This document shows positions 52,325 to 64,000 of a DNA stretch of 64,000 bases, in pieces; the first letter of the stretch is position 1, and each line of letters starts with the position of its first letter. Location: contig NC_043004.1 of the NCBI RefSeq assembly GCF_006345805.1, positions 76,694,001-76,758,000 on the forward strand, in the 5' to 3' direction. The notes beneath the pieces were generated by a model, which did not search any database, was not told where the DNA came from, and worked only from the letters and a program-made list of their open reading frames with translations. This DNA is from Octopus sinensis (lineage: Eukaryota). The position numbers were made by a program, and so were the translations under genes.

Positions 52325-52665
52325 GTTTTATATACATATGTAAAGTGGAGATATGTGGCCAAGTGGTTAGGATATTTGGCTCATGATCATAAGGTTGTGA
52401 ACTTGATACCCAGTAGCATATTGTGTCCTTGAGCAAGACACTTTATTTCATGTAGTTCCAGTCAACCCAGCTGGCAAAAATGAGTTGTATCTGTATTTCA
52501 AAGGGCCACACTCTGTGTTATTCTGAAACTCATTGAGAACTATGTTAAGAGTATGTGTGTTTGTGGAGTGCTCAACCACTTGAACATTAATTTTACAAGC
52601 AAACTGTTCTATTGATAGGATCAAATGGAACCTTCATTTTTGTAACCGAAAGAGTGCCAGTTAGT
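52325..52665 (+). mobile_element. tRNA-derived SINE family C (V/CORE-like gtgtccttgagcaagacacttt); partial copy at 1325-1535
   Basis: A-box gtggccaagtgg; the 3' half matches 1343-1530. Confidence 0.72.
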
Positions 52666-53048
52666 TATACATATATACATAAATAGATCAAGTCTACCAC
52701 CCAAGTAAACCATGATAGGTCTGTTCACAAAATGCAAACAACAAGGACAACTGCTGCAAGGTATTCAGTCAACTGTTCTAACAGTTACACCAATTCACCA
52801 CCCTGGATTGGAACATTTTTAACAACCCCAAAAGGAAGAAAGGTTAGCCATGATGGGATTTGAACTGAAATAAAAGCAGCATAGTATTCTGTTAGGCACT
52901 CTAATGTCTATGCCAGTTCACCAAAAATTTCACAATAAGCAAAACAAATTAGATATGTATACTCCATGCTTCTTCTTCTGATCCCACCAAATGTTATGAG
53001 AAAATGATTAATAACTGCCTCCAAGGGGACTACACACACACACACACA

Positions 53049-53079
<31 letters not shown>

Positions 53080-53083
<4 letters not shown>

Positions 53084-53106
53084 TTACCGGTTTTGATGTA
53101 TTTCAT

Positions 53107-53162
<56 letters not shown>

Positions 53163-53189
53163 ATAAAATACATCAAAACTGGTAACATT
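53080..53189. repeat. 110-nt palindrome: 30-bp arms around (AT)25
   Basis: aatgttaccggttttgatgtatttcatctt vs aagataaaatacatcaaaactggtaacatt, 2 mismatches. Confidence 0.95.
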
Positions 53190-53324
53190 AATATTTTTAT
53201 TTATATACTCTTTCATTAAATTGCCTCTTAAACAGAAATGTCTTAGACTTAATTCAGTGCTATTTCCAACTCCATCTGTTTTATATATAAACATTTGATT
53301 TGTATAAATCTCTAATCTTTTTCC

Positions 53325-53389
<65 letters not shown>

Positions 53390-55123
53390 CTTCTGTAAGA
53401 AGAGTAAATTAATTCCATGACATGATATATCACTGCTTGGAAAAGATACCACATGTATTGGTAATAGAGTGACTACTAGTGTGACAGGGAAATCACCATT
53501 GTTAGTGCTTATAGTATCTTCTTATGTCAATAATTCTAGTACTGACAGAGGCACGTTATACATTAGTAGGTTATTATGTGCTGAAAGGAATTAACTTTCT
53601 TTACTGGGTGAGAGATGAAACCAACAATGGCATCAGCTATTTATGATAAAGATGCATGCTGTTAATCTGATATATAATCATTCATAACCCTATCATAAGA
53701 CACCATATATTTCACATTCCTCATAAATTTGCCAATCATTTTTATAGAGCCAACAAAGGAGCATACATGCAAAAATAGCTGCTAAATTTCTTCAAATTAC
53801 ACCCTTCTCATCATCATTATCATTGTCATTATTTAACATCCACTTTCCATGCTGGCATGGGTTGGATGGTTTGACTGAGGACTGGCAAGCCAGGTGGCTG
53901 CCCGAGGTTCCAATCTAATATGGATACCCTTCCTAATGCCAATCACTCTGAGAGTCTAGTGTGCGCTTTTTATGTGCCACCAGCATGGGTGCCAGTCAGG
54001 TGGCACTGGCATCGACCACACTTGAATGGTGCTTTTTACATGCCACTGGCATGGGTGCCAGTCAGGTGGCACTGGCATTGGTCATGCTTGAATGGTGCTT
54101 TTTACATGCTAGACACATTACAAAATGGGTTAGATATATAAAAATGATGGGATGGTCCTGTTTGGAATACCTTTGCTTACAAGTCAGTGTTGACCTCAGA
54201 GTTAAACTACTACAACAACAATACCTGAATTTTTTAAAATGAATGCTATATTTTTGACACTACAAGTGGTAGAACATAGATATTGCCCTGAAGGAAAGCA
54301 CAACTGTGGCGTTGTTGATTAACCATAACTGAACAGATCTATGCTTAAAGGCAAAAGCATATAGCCTAGTGTTTGGAGTATTGCACCCACAATCCCAAGA
54401 TCATGGTTTCAATTCCTGGATGGGGTGGTGCGTTGCGTTTGTGAGCAAAACACTTCATTTCATGTTGCTCCAGTGCATTCAGCTGTACATGAGTAACCCT
54501 GTAACAGACTGGCATCCCGTTCAGAGTGAATGTTGTGATCTTGGTCCCTTACACACCATGCAAACTGGGTACCAGGCCTATGAGTTTCAGGATTCAAGAC
54601 AGTATTCACTTTTAAGTTCAAAGGTATTCCTGTCATAACCATTCCATACTTTTCTTTCAGGCATAATGGACCTAGTATGACATTACCCAATGTTTCCACA
54701 TCCATTTTTTCAAGTTGGTATAATTTTATATAACAAATACTTTAATACTATTTTTTTTTAACATATTGAGAAACCTTATAGAAGCTTTCTTACTAGTTCA
54801 AGCATATTGTTACTGTTGTTACTGTTTGATACTAGAGAAACCTATGATCAAAGGCATTCTACCAGTGACCATCCCATCTGTTTTCTAAGTGTAGAGAATT
54901 TCTAAGGCAGTAAAGTATAATTTGAAGGAAATTTAGGTGTTATTTCTAGCAAGCCAGATTGTTATAAAGGCCTCTCACTCTTAACAGCTCAAAACATGTT
55001 GGCATAAATAGAGAGGTATGTTTAACATAAATAATCATGAGTTAAACTGATTAGTTATTTTAGTAATTTGTTCAAATGATCAATTAAAAATTAGGTGTTT
55101 GTGAGTATGTGTGTGTGCATGTG

Positions 55124-55127
<4 letters not shown>

Positions 55128-55163
<36 letters not shown>

Positions 55164-55217
55164 GAGAAAGAGAGAGAGAGAAGGAGAGAGACAGAGAGAG
55201 AGAAAGGGAAAGAGAAA
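55128..55217. repeat. (GA)n microsatellite
   Basis: Direct reading. Confidence 0.95.
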
Positions 55218-57499
55218 GCTTAATCCCTCACACAGAACTCTGTGCCACATAATTTTCGTATTTCAAAGAGAAAAGTTTGTCTTGTGAACTGGGCACTAGG
55301 TGTGCTTTACAGCACTGATATCACTTTTCAGGTAAAGATAATAAAAACAATAATCTTACTAAATCAATTATTCAAAATTTAGAATATTTAATGAGGTTAA
55401 TTACTCAACTTGTTGCTAATAATCAAGTAAACGCCAAAAAGATAGCAGATTATCATTTAGAATTTATACTAAATAACACCAAACATTAATAAATTCATTT
55501 CACAAAAGGATGAATATTTCTACCTTTCTCATTCATGTGATTCTCAAGTGAACAAGTACCAGACTCAGACCCCCACCAAACATAACCGAAATTCCCCCAA
55601 TCTAATGGGCTGATGTAGGGAAAGTGCATCGGATTTCCTCCACTCCACTCCTTCTTTATGAATGAGAACACAAAATACCTTGCATCCATATGATTCTTTA
55701 TGATAGTAATGAGCATGTTTAATCGCCGTCGTCATCATCATCAATCCTTGGACATTACTACCTTGAGTCCTAAGACTCACGACATTGGTTACCCAGTTTC
55801 TGTGGCATATAAGTCACCAAGATCACAATAACCCCCTGAATGGGACCCCAGGCTACTGACAGCTGGAGCAATGTGGAATGAAGTGTTTTGTTCAATAATA
55901 CAATATACCATCTGGTCTAGGAATTGAAACCATGGTTGATTGAAATCATGAGCATAACATCCTAACCACTAGACCATATAGCAGCACTTTCTTTACCATA
56001 GTGTTGGACAAGTTTAAAAGATTGAAAACCATCTTAGCTCTATCAAATATAGCAATTTGTCTGGTCTGTCACATATTTCCCCTAAGATGAAGGGGCTGTC
56101 CCTTCCCATCATGAGGAATACTGCCTTCTCTTTACTAAAGAAAAAACAAAATCTGCTTTTAAAGATTTTAAAATAGGCTTCTCCCCAATTAACATAAACT
56201 TTTATTTACATATCTACAGCCATGCTAATCACATGATGTGTGTGTATGTATGCGTGTTAATGTGTCAGTGTGTTTATGTGTGAGTATGTATACACATTTT
56301 GCATTTAAGCTCCTATCATTAGAACGAAGGGGGAAATAAGCCAATAAAATAATACGTTTCATGCAGATTAAAATCAAATGAAATATTTGTTCTGGTATCA
56401 TGCTTTTACTTATTTAAGCTTCTTCTTCTCAGAGGACAAGTAATTGGGCAAGATAAAGTTCCAGTAAGCTAAGGTCAGTCGACTAGTTTTAACTTTTGAT
56501 TGAAACCATTTCATTCTACTAGAAAACAGGCATAAATAAACATTATGCAATATTCCTCTTTGATACATCCTCTTTGACCTTACACCTAAAAAACAATATC
56601 TAATAACAAGTATCATCTGTCTTCTTTCCCTTTTTATTTTTCATTTTCCTATGCTATATTTTGGTATTACCATTTAGCATTATCTACTCTCCATCATGTG
56701 ACTTATTGAATACTCCTTTATGCTGATTTCAAACTCAGAACCTTTACCTAATTTCAGTAGTAGGGATTCCAAGCTTATACCTTACCGAGTGAAAATTTCA
56801 TAATAAAAAAAAATAGGGGATTTAATGACTATTAGAAATGAACCAATCAAAATATGAGCCGGAATTGTTTCAATCTCGATGAACAAAATTGTAGAAATAA
56901 CAACTAGGAAGGTCATGTGAGTATAATGTATTTGAAGGCATATAAGACACACCTTTTCCAAAAACATGTCTCAAAAGAATCCCCTACATATGAAATAAGC
57001 CCCACCCCCCATACGCTAATTTTGTCCTTAATGCTCTTTATCCCGAGTAAGTATGTGCTGCTGAAATTGGGGTGTGTCTAATATATCCATGTACTTTTTA
57101 TGGCATCAAATATGGTAATTTCTCTTGCTCAGTCATAAATTGTTTGCCATTTTAGACAGAACGTCTAGCAGTTTACCTCTCAGTAGTATACTTTCATATG
57201 ACTATTAAAAAGCCGTGATTGTGATTATGACCTATATAAGAATGTAAGTGCATTCCTTCTATGATTATGGTGTGCAAAACAAAAAACAAAAAAACCAGGT
57301 GGGGATTCTCATGATGGATCCTCATTTCATGATTTGTTGAGAGAAGACACCCTAATTCTCCTTCTGCTGTTAGTAGCATAGTATGTTCAACTGCTATACA
57401 AAGCAATCAACTTTATAACACCTAGAAGAAATGAGCTGGCCTTCTTATATAGTTCATTATCATAGCAAAAGGTTTCCTAATATTTAAATTTATTTCAGT

Positions 57500-57800
57500 A
57501 TTTCTGATTTCTACTGTTTTGCAACCATTTGATTTCAGGTTCAATTCTCTGCACAGTACCTTGGGCAAGTATCGTCTACTATAGTCCCAGGCTGACCAAA
57601 GCCTTCCGTGTGAATTTCGTAAACAGAAACTGCATGGGAGCCCATCACATATGCAAACACACACACACACATCTTTGTTTCTGTGTTTGTCACCTCCCCA
57701 CTGCTTGACAGCCAATGCTGGTTTATTTACATAACTATAACTTAGCAGTTCAGCAAAAGAGACCATTAGAGTAAATACCAACTAAAAAATAAGTACTTGA
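57500..57800 (+). mobile_element. Degenerate SINE B
   Basis: caggttcaattctctgcacagtaccttgggcaagt...gttcagcaaaagagacc. Confidence 0.7.
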
Positions 57801-58567
57801 GTTGATGAATTTAACTAAGAAATCTTTCAAGGAAATTTTGGAAATTTTAGAAGTATTTTAATTTCAAAGTATCATGCAAGTTTAGTAATATATATTATAC
57901 AGTTCAAGATAAAATTTTGTTGAAAAATATGTGTACAAAAATATTTAATTAATTTTGTACTTGCAGAATCAATTTAATACACTGTTTAAGTTTTTTCCCC
58001 TTGTAAAACTAATTTCATTTAACTATTGCAACTGAATATGAAAATAACCACAATAGCTATCATCGTTGTCACTGCACAGATTTCATCTATTGCAGATATT
58101 TTGTTCTAATTCAACTAAAAATATCATCATCATCATCATAATCATCTAACAGCTGTTTTCCATGCTGGCATGAGTTGGATGGTTTGACAGGAGCTGGTAA
58201 GTTGCAGGGCTGTGCTGAGCTCCCATGTCAGCTTTGGCATGCTTTCTATAGCTGGATGCTCTTTCTGAAGCCAATCATTTTACAGTGTATATTGGATGCA
58301 TTTGTTTCTGTGTCACTAGGACTATATATATATATATCCTGGTGGCATGTAAAAAGCACCATTTGAGCATGACTGATGCCAGTGCCACATGACTGGCTCC
58401 CATGCTGGTGACATGTAAAAAGCACTCACTATACTCTTGGAGTGGTAGGCATTAGGAAGGGCATCCAGCTGTAGAAACTTTACTACTGGTGCAGCCTCTT
58501 GGCTTGTCAGTCCTCAGTCAAACCATCCAACCCATACCAGCATGGAAAGCGGATGTTAAACGACAAC

Positions 58568-58619
<52 letters not shown>

Positions 58620-58859
58620 CCCACTCACACACATATGCAATGAGAAATCAAAATAAACATCTCTTACTTTCAAATGATTAAATTAATATTAAAGATTAGT
58701 TTTATCTCCTACATTTATCAATTTTAAAAAATCTTTACTTTTTTCAATTTGAAGAAAATAATTAGTATAAAAACATTTATTTCTTTAGCAAAATAGATTA
58801 ACAATCACAACTCGAAGTTATAAAATAACGATAATGCTAAGAAGAGGTTTTAAAATTAT

Positions 58860-59073
58860 GGAAATAATAATAGTTTCAAAATCTGGTACAAAGTCAGTAA
58901 TTTCAGAGAAGAGAGTAAGACAGTTACATCAATTCCAGTACTCAACTGGTATTTATATTATCAACCCCAAAAGGATGAAAGTAAAGTTGACCTTGCCAGA
59001 ATTTGAACTCAGAACATAAGCATTTAACCCAGTATGCTAACAATTCTGCCAGCTTACTACCTTAATGATGATG

Positions 59074-59122
<49 letters not shown>

Positions 59123-59336
59123 TAGTTTCTATATTTTTTTAATGTTTTTCATTTAATAATAACCCTTTCTATTAAAGGTACAAAACCTGAAATTTTGGGG
59201 GAGGGGTAAGTCAATCACATCGACCCCAGTGTTTCATTGGTACTTAATTCCTTGGTGGAATTTGAACTCAGAATGTAAAGACAAACGAAATGCTGCCAGC
59301 TTGCTGTCTCAATAATAATAATAGTAGTAGTAATAA

Positions 59337-59396
<60 letters not shown>

Positions 59397-59400
59397 TAAT
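58860..59400 (-). mobile_element. Two SINE A copies embedded in (AAT)n arrays
   Basis: Cores at about 58860-59065 and 59160-59312 (the second has internal deletions). Confidence 0.75.
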
Positions 59401-59550
59401 ATTAATTTCTATATCTTTTAAATGTTTTTTTATTTATTAATAATAATGAGTTAATTGTATACATAAGCTCATCATCACCATAATCAGCATCACTATAATC
59501 ATTAATATTGCTATTATTATTATTGCTGTTATTATTATTATTATTATTAA

Positions 59551-59586
<36 letters not shown>

Positions 59587-59605
59587 CATTATTATTATTG
59601 TTTTG
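59311..59605. repeat. (AAT)n and (ATT)n arrays in opposite orientation
   Basis: Direct reading. Confidence 0.9.
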
Positions 59606-60149
59606 TTAGTAATGACTATTATTTTAAGCGGTTTTTTCCCTTGAGTATAAAGTTGCTTTAGTAATACTGAGACACTTGTTTGTTACTGTGTATATAATAG
59701 ACAAGCTCTTTTGCGAAAAAGCTTTCTGTCTATACTTCCTTCATTGTGGTTACAGTTCTTAATAAGTAGTGTGTAATTCCATTATTCTAAACTGTTACAG
59801 TAGTACTAAGTAGTTTACGACAAATAACTTCACTTTCAAATAAGATTTCCTAGATATTAGCCTTTTAAAATAACAATTTAGCTTGACATTATTTCATATC
59901 ATTTGACATATAAGGAAGTCATGGATTTTATGCAACCTATATAAATTTCAGTATATGTATATAAAAGCTATACAAATATACATGCTATTTAGGAAAATAA
60001 ATATAATGTTTATAGTATATGAATATTAATATTGAGTTATATGGACATTTTAGTCTGAAACTTCTACTGATTGTGACATTTCATCCTTACAATAATTTAC
60101 AAAAAATATTTATATAGACGTGCTTTTACACACTTATACATCTACATGT

Positions 60150-60849
60150 ATGTGTGCATGTATATATAAATATATGTATATATAATATGAATATATATCA
60201 TATGTATATCTCATACATATATATATGAATATATATCTCGTATATACATACATAAATATATAATGTATACAATATATATAAACATAGATATTGTACACAC
60301 ACACATACAATCATAAACACCTATATATATATATATGAATATATGTATATATATATGCATGGATATGTGTCTGTATACATACATACATATATATACATAT
60401 ATATATACATAAACATACACACACACACACACATATATGTATATATATATATGTTGTTTGTATTTATGTATAGTTATATATGAAGACAAATGGAATGGTC
60501 ATTTAAATCATTCAATCAGAGTATTTCATTTAATTTTGCAAAGAAAAGGTTGACAGTGACTTTGATATTTCACCAGTTGTCGGTGAAATTTTGGCATCAC
60601 TGTTAACATTCCTTTTCTTTGCAAAATTAGGTATATATATATATATATATGTGTTTGTGTGTGTGTATGTATGTAAATATATATGTATGTATATATGTGT
60701 GTGTATATATATATATTTATCTTGCAACACAAATTCATAAACATATATGTACGTAGGTATGTATATGTACACACACACGTATATATACATAGTTATAGAC
60801 ATTGATGTGTATATGTATATATAGATACATACACACAAATATATGTATG

Positions 60850-60881
<32 letters not shown>

Positions 60882-61260
60882 AAGATGGTGATGATATTAT
60901 ATATATATATACACAGATATACATATGCGTGTGTGTATATGTATATATATGTGTGTGTGTGTGTGTGTATGTATGTATCTATATCTATCAATCTCTCTCT
61001 CTATATATATATATTAGATAGATAGATATAGATACAGATATATATACATATATATATACACACGCACACACACACATGTATATATATCTGTATATATATA
61101 TATCATCATCATCCTTATATATATATATATATATACATACATATAATTGTGTGTATGTGCCTATATATACATATGCACATATACACATCAATACCTACAG
61201 CTATGTATATATGCACGTATACACATATGTGTGCGTACATGTATGTATAAAGAGATACAT
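60150..61260. repeat. About 1.1 kb degenerate TA/TG/CA low-complexity tract around a 150-bp unique island
   Basis: Direct reading. Confidence 0.9.
60531..60629 (+). other. 99-nt imperfect hairpin (pre-miRNA-like or tiny MITE)
   Basis: 19-bp perfect outer stem, 4-nt bulge, 10-bp stem, 2x2 loop, 13-bp stem with wobbles, 7-nt loop. Confidence 0.6.
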
Positions 61261-63428
61261 AAATGGAAATACACAAATAGCTAGTCAGACAAACAGACTA
61301 CCTGACAAATGGATACCTAGATACAAAATTTTCAGATTTTAACTAATTATGGCAACCAAAAATGAAAAAAGGCAATAAATATAACATCGGTTTATTTTAA
61401 CAAAACTCTTTTTTATAGGAAATTTATGACATTAATGCCTTCCCTACAGACATTAAGACCCTTAAGTAATTAAAATATTTCCAAACAAGAACTGAAACTG
61501 TATCAACAGTTCAATTTATATTTTACACAGGCCAGAGATTATTATAACATGTCTATCTTGCAAGATATCTAACCTTGAATTGAATTCTGAACAAAATTTA
61601 ATTATGAATGTCTGCAAAAACCATATTATTCAGAAATAAGACTTGGATATTTTAAATAACAAAGGAATCTAATTAAAGACCCATTTTATTTTTAACTCAG
61701 TAATTAAATCTATGAATGATGAGGGATATGATTTCCTCTTACCTGAGCTGATAGTTCATAATCCGAAAGCGAATCAATCATGTGACAACATAATAAGCAG
61801 AGTGTATTTAACAGGAGAAATATGAGTAGCAATAGTAAATACTAGGCTTACAAGTAACAATAAGGGAGCATAAATATAGTGGGGCTTTGTTTTTGTTGTT
61901 GTTCATTTGAATTTTAATGGGAAAAGGAAGAAAATCCAAAGCAAAATCATATTAATTCTATGCTACCAGGTTGGTTGGGAAAGCGAACAATAGTAGCCGC
62001 TGAAGCAGTAGTCCTAGTTGCTGTAACCGTAATGGTAGCAGTGACAACAACTCTGGCACGTGTGCATATGGGGCTTTGTCTAAAGTCTTTCATGCATCCA
62101 AGTGATGGGCTCCTATTAACAAACTGGATTGATTTAAAAGGGAGAAGCAGACTCTATGTATATAGCTACATCATCAGTGCCTTCCTTGATTATGTTTATC
62201 TCTGTAAACAGTTATGACAACTATACGGGTAGTGGTGACAATGAATATCAGCAACAGTAAGGAATGCTCAGTAAGCTCAAGAGCATGTATGATTATAGTG
62301 GTAAAAGTAGTAGAAGCAATAGAAGGAATGATATTCTTAAAGAAATAGTTTCAAAAAAAATTATGCTGGTTACAATGTTGTTGGTAGTGGTGCTGCTGGG
62401 GATGGAAATAACAATAAAAATTATTCTGGAAGTATTGAAAGAAGAAACAATTAAGATATGAGCTAAGATGAATATAATGATAATAATTACTGCTAGTATT
62501 TTGGTTAGCTTTCCTTATAGTTATAGAAAAATATAAGAGATGAGCACAAGGTGTAAAGCTAGGTTTTTAAAGAACATTTATTTTATACTTTTAATTACGT
62601 ATCATTTGATGAAAAAATTACACATGAGTAGATCTATGCCTTCAAGAAAGGCATGAACCTCATAGTAATATGTAACAGGTCAGGTGTTGGAGCATGTGCC
62701 ACTGCAAGTGCATTTCTGCATTCACTGTTTGTCAGTATATTCCTGGGTCCTCCCAGGCAACCCATTGAGCAGAGTCTCATTCAGTCCCCATCTCTGTGAG
62801 ATACCTCCTCAGCTGCTGTGACCATGTGGCATATGGTCGACCAACACAAGTTGCCAACCCAGCTGAACCCTCAGTGAAGACAACATGGTAAGCAGCATTT
62901 AACTCGGAAAATCAAGCAACATGGCCAAAGAGTCAGAGCTGGCACTCCTGAATCATACAATGGACAGGATGTATCACCCTTCAAAAAATGTTGGGCTTCA
63001 TAACTATGTAACAAATCAATTTTAATATTGTTGGAAACAAATATTTATTTATATTAATCAGGATGTCATATTGTTGGAATGGACAAAAATTATTAATTGA
63101 TATATGAACACACCAAATTCTAATTTTGTAGATATTTATCTTACTTAGTTTAAAATACGTGAAATAATAGGAAACAATAAAACAATGAAAATAAAAAAAT
63201 GAAACATTCCATAAAGTCCAGTATTTAATTATTTTAAATTGATACAGAACTAGGTTAATTTTAATACTAGTCAAAATGTGAGTTTTTCATTGCTATGAGA
63301 ATTAAAATTTAATTGTTTTAATCTGCATACAAACCACACATACACACACAACACATTATGTTATATGTATATAGACATAAACAGATAGATATGAATACAT
63401 GTGAATATATTTGTGTGTGTGTGTGTGT

Positions 63429-63460
<32 letters not shown>

Positions 63461-63464
63461 CATA

Positions 63465-63620
63465 TACATGGTTAAGAAGTTCACTTCCCAACTATGTAGT
63501 TTCAGGTTTAATTCCACTGCACAGCAACTTGGTCAAATATCTTCTACTCTAGCTCTGGGCCAACCAAAGTCATGTGAGTGGATTTTGTGCACACAAACTA
63601 AAAGAAGCTTGTCACATACT
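63465..63620 (+). mobile_element. SINE B head
   Basis: atggttaagaagttcacttccc...gggccaaccaaagtcatgtgagtggattt. Confidence 0.68.
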
Positions 63621-64000
63621 TACACACATACAAGCATATAATATATATGTCAGTGCACACATGCACACACACACATGTATGAATGTGTATGTATATATAT
63701 TTGTATGTGTCTGTGTGTTAGCATTTGTTTTTTGAAAACTGGTAAGTTACAACCAGCGATGTTGCATTTTCCCTATCTGCAAATCATCCACTGGTTTTGC
63801 TTTTTCAAAGATGTGTAGAATATGAAATCCCTTACTAAAAACAAACAAACAAAATAGCCGAAACAAAAAAAGATATCGGTTAACAACAAGAAAAGCATCT
63901 GGCTATAAAAAACATTGCTTTAAAAATGTATTTGTATAGCCCATGCAAACATAAAATGACAGGAACATGCGTGTGTGTGTGAGTGTATTAATGTTTGTTT

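Noticed and set aside
60211-61342. Many Y/I/H/T/C/V-rich ORFs
   Set aside because: Dinucleotide-repeat translations, like those at 27572-27873, 36106-36476 and 48671-48991.
62620-62990. GC-richer island with a plus donor ATG|gtaagc
   Set aside because: No sustained ORF or partner splice site; probably an old repeat.

Overview
AT-rich, microsatellite- and SINE-dense animal genomic DNA, most likely an octopod cephalopod (inferred from repeat content, not proven). The only host coding sequence I can support is two minus-strand exons (23644-23834 and 1798-2027, joined across a 21.6 kb phase-2 intron) encoding the N-terminus of a DLK/LZK-family MAP3K (MAP3K12/13, wallenda). The kinase exons lie beyond position 1. 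The rest is intron or upstream DNA filled with tRNA-derived SINEs, RTE LINE remnants, Penelope-like termini and simple repeats. The most interesting signal is a young, GC-rich, 5'-truncated Tx1/L1-clade retrotransposon (29781-32442). It sits inside a (TATC)n microsatellite, has no poly(A) tail and carries a 69-bp fold-back at its 5' junction. Its last 41 nt, including a small stem-loop and AATAAAGAAA, match the 3' tail of one SINE subfamily in the window (30-32/41 identity, ungapped). That Tx1-tailed SINE occurs as solo copies with 7-13 bp TSDs and inside a composite dimer that moved as a unit with 17-18 bp TSDs. Also seen: hammerhead-like motifs in Penelope-like termini abutting (TA)n, a telomeric AGGG(TTAGGG)3 insert in a SINE B-box, a 110-nt (AT)25-centred palindrome and a 99-nt pre-miRNA-like hairpin. 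All alignments and counts were done by eye; coordinates of degenerate repeats are approximate.
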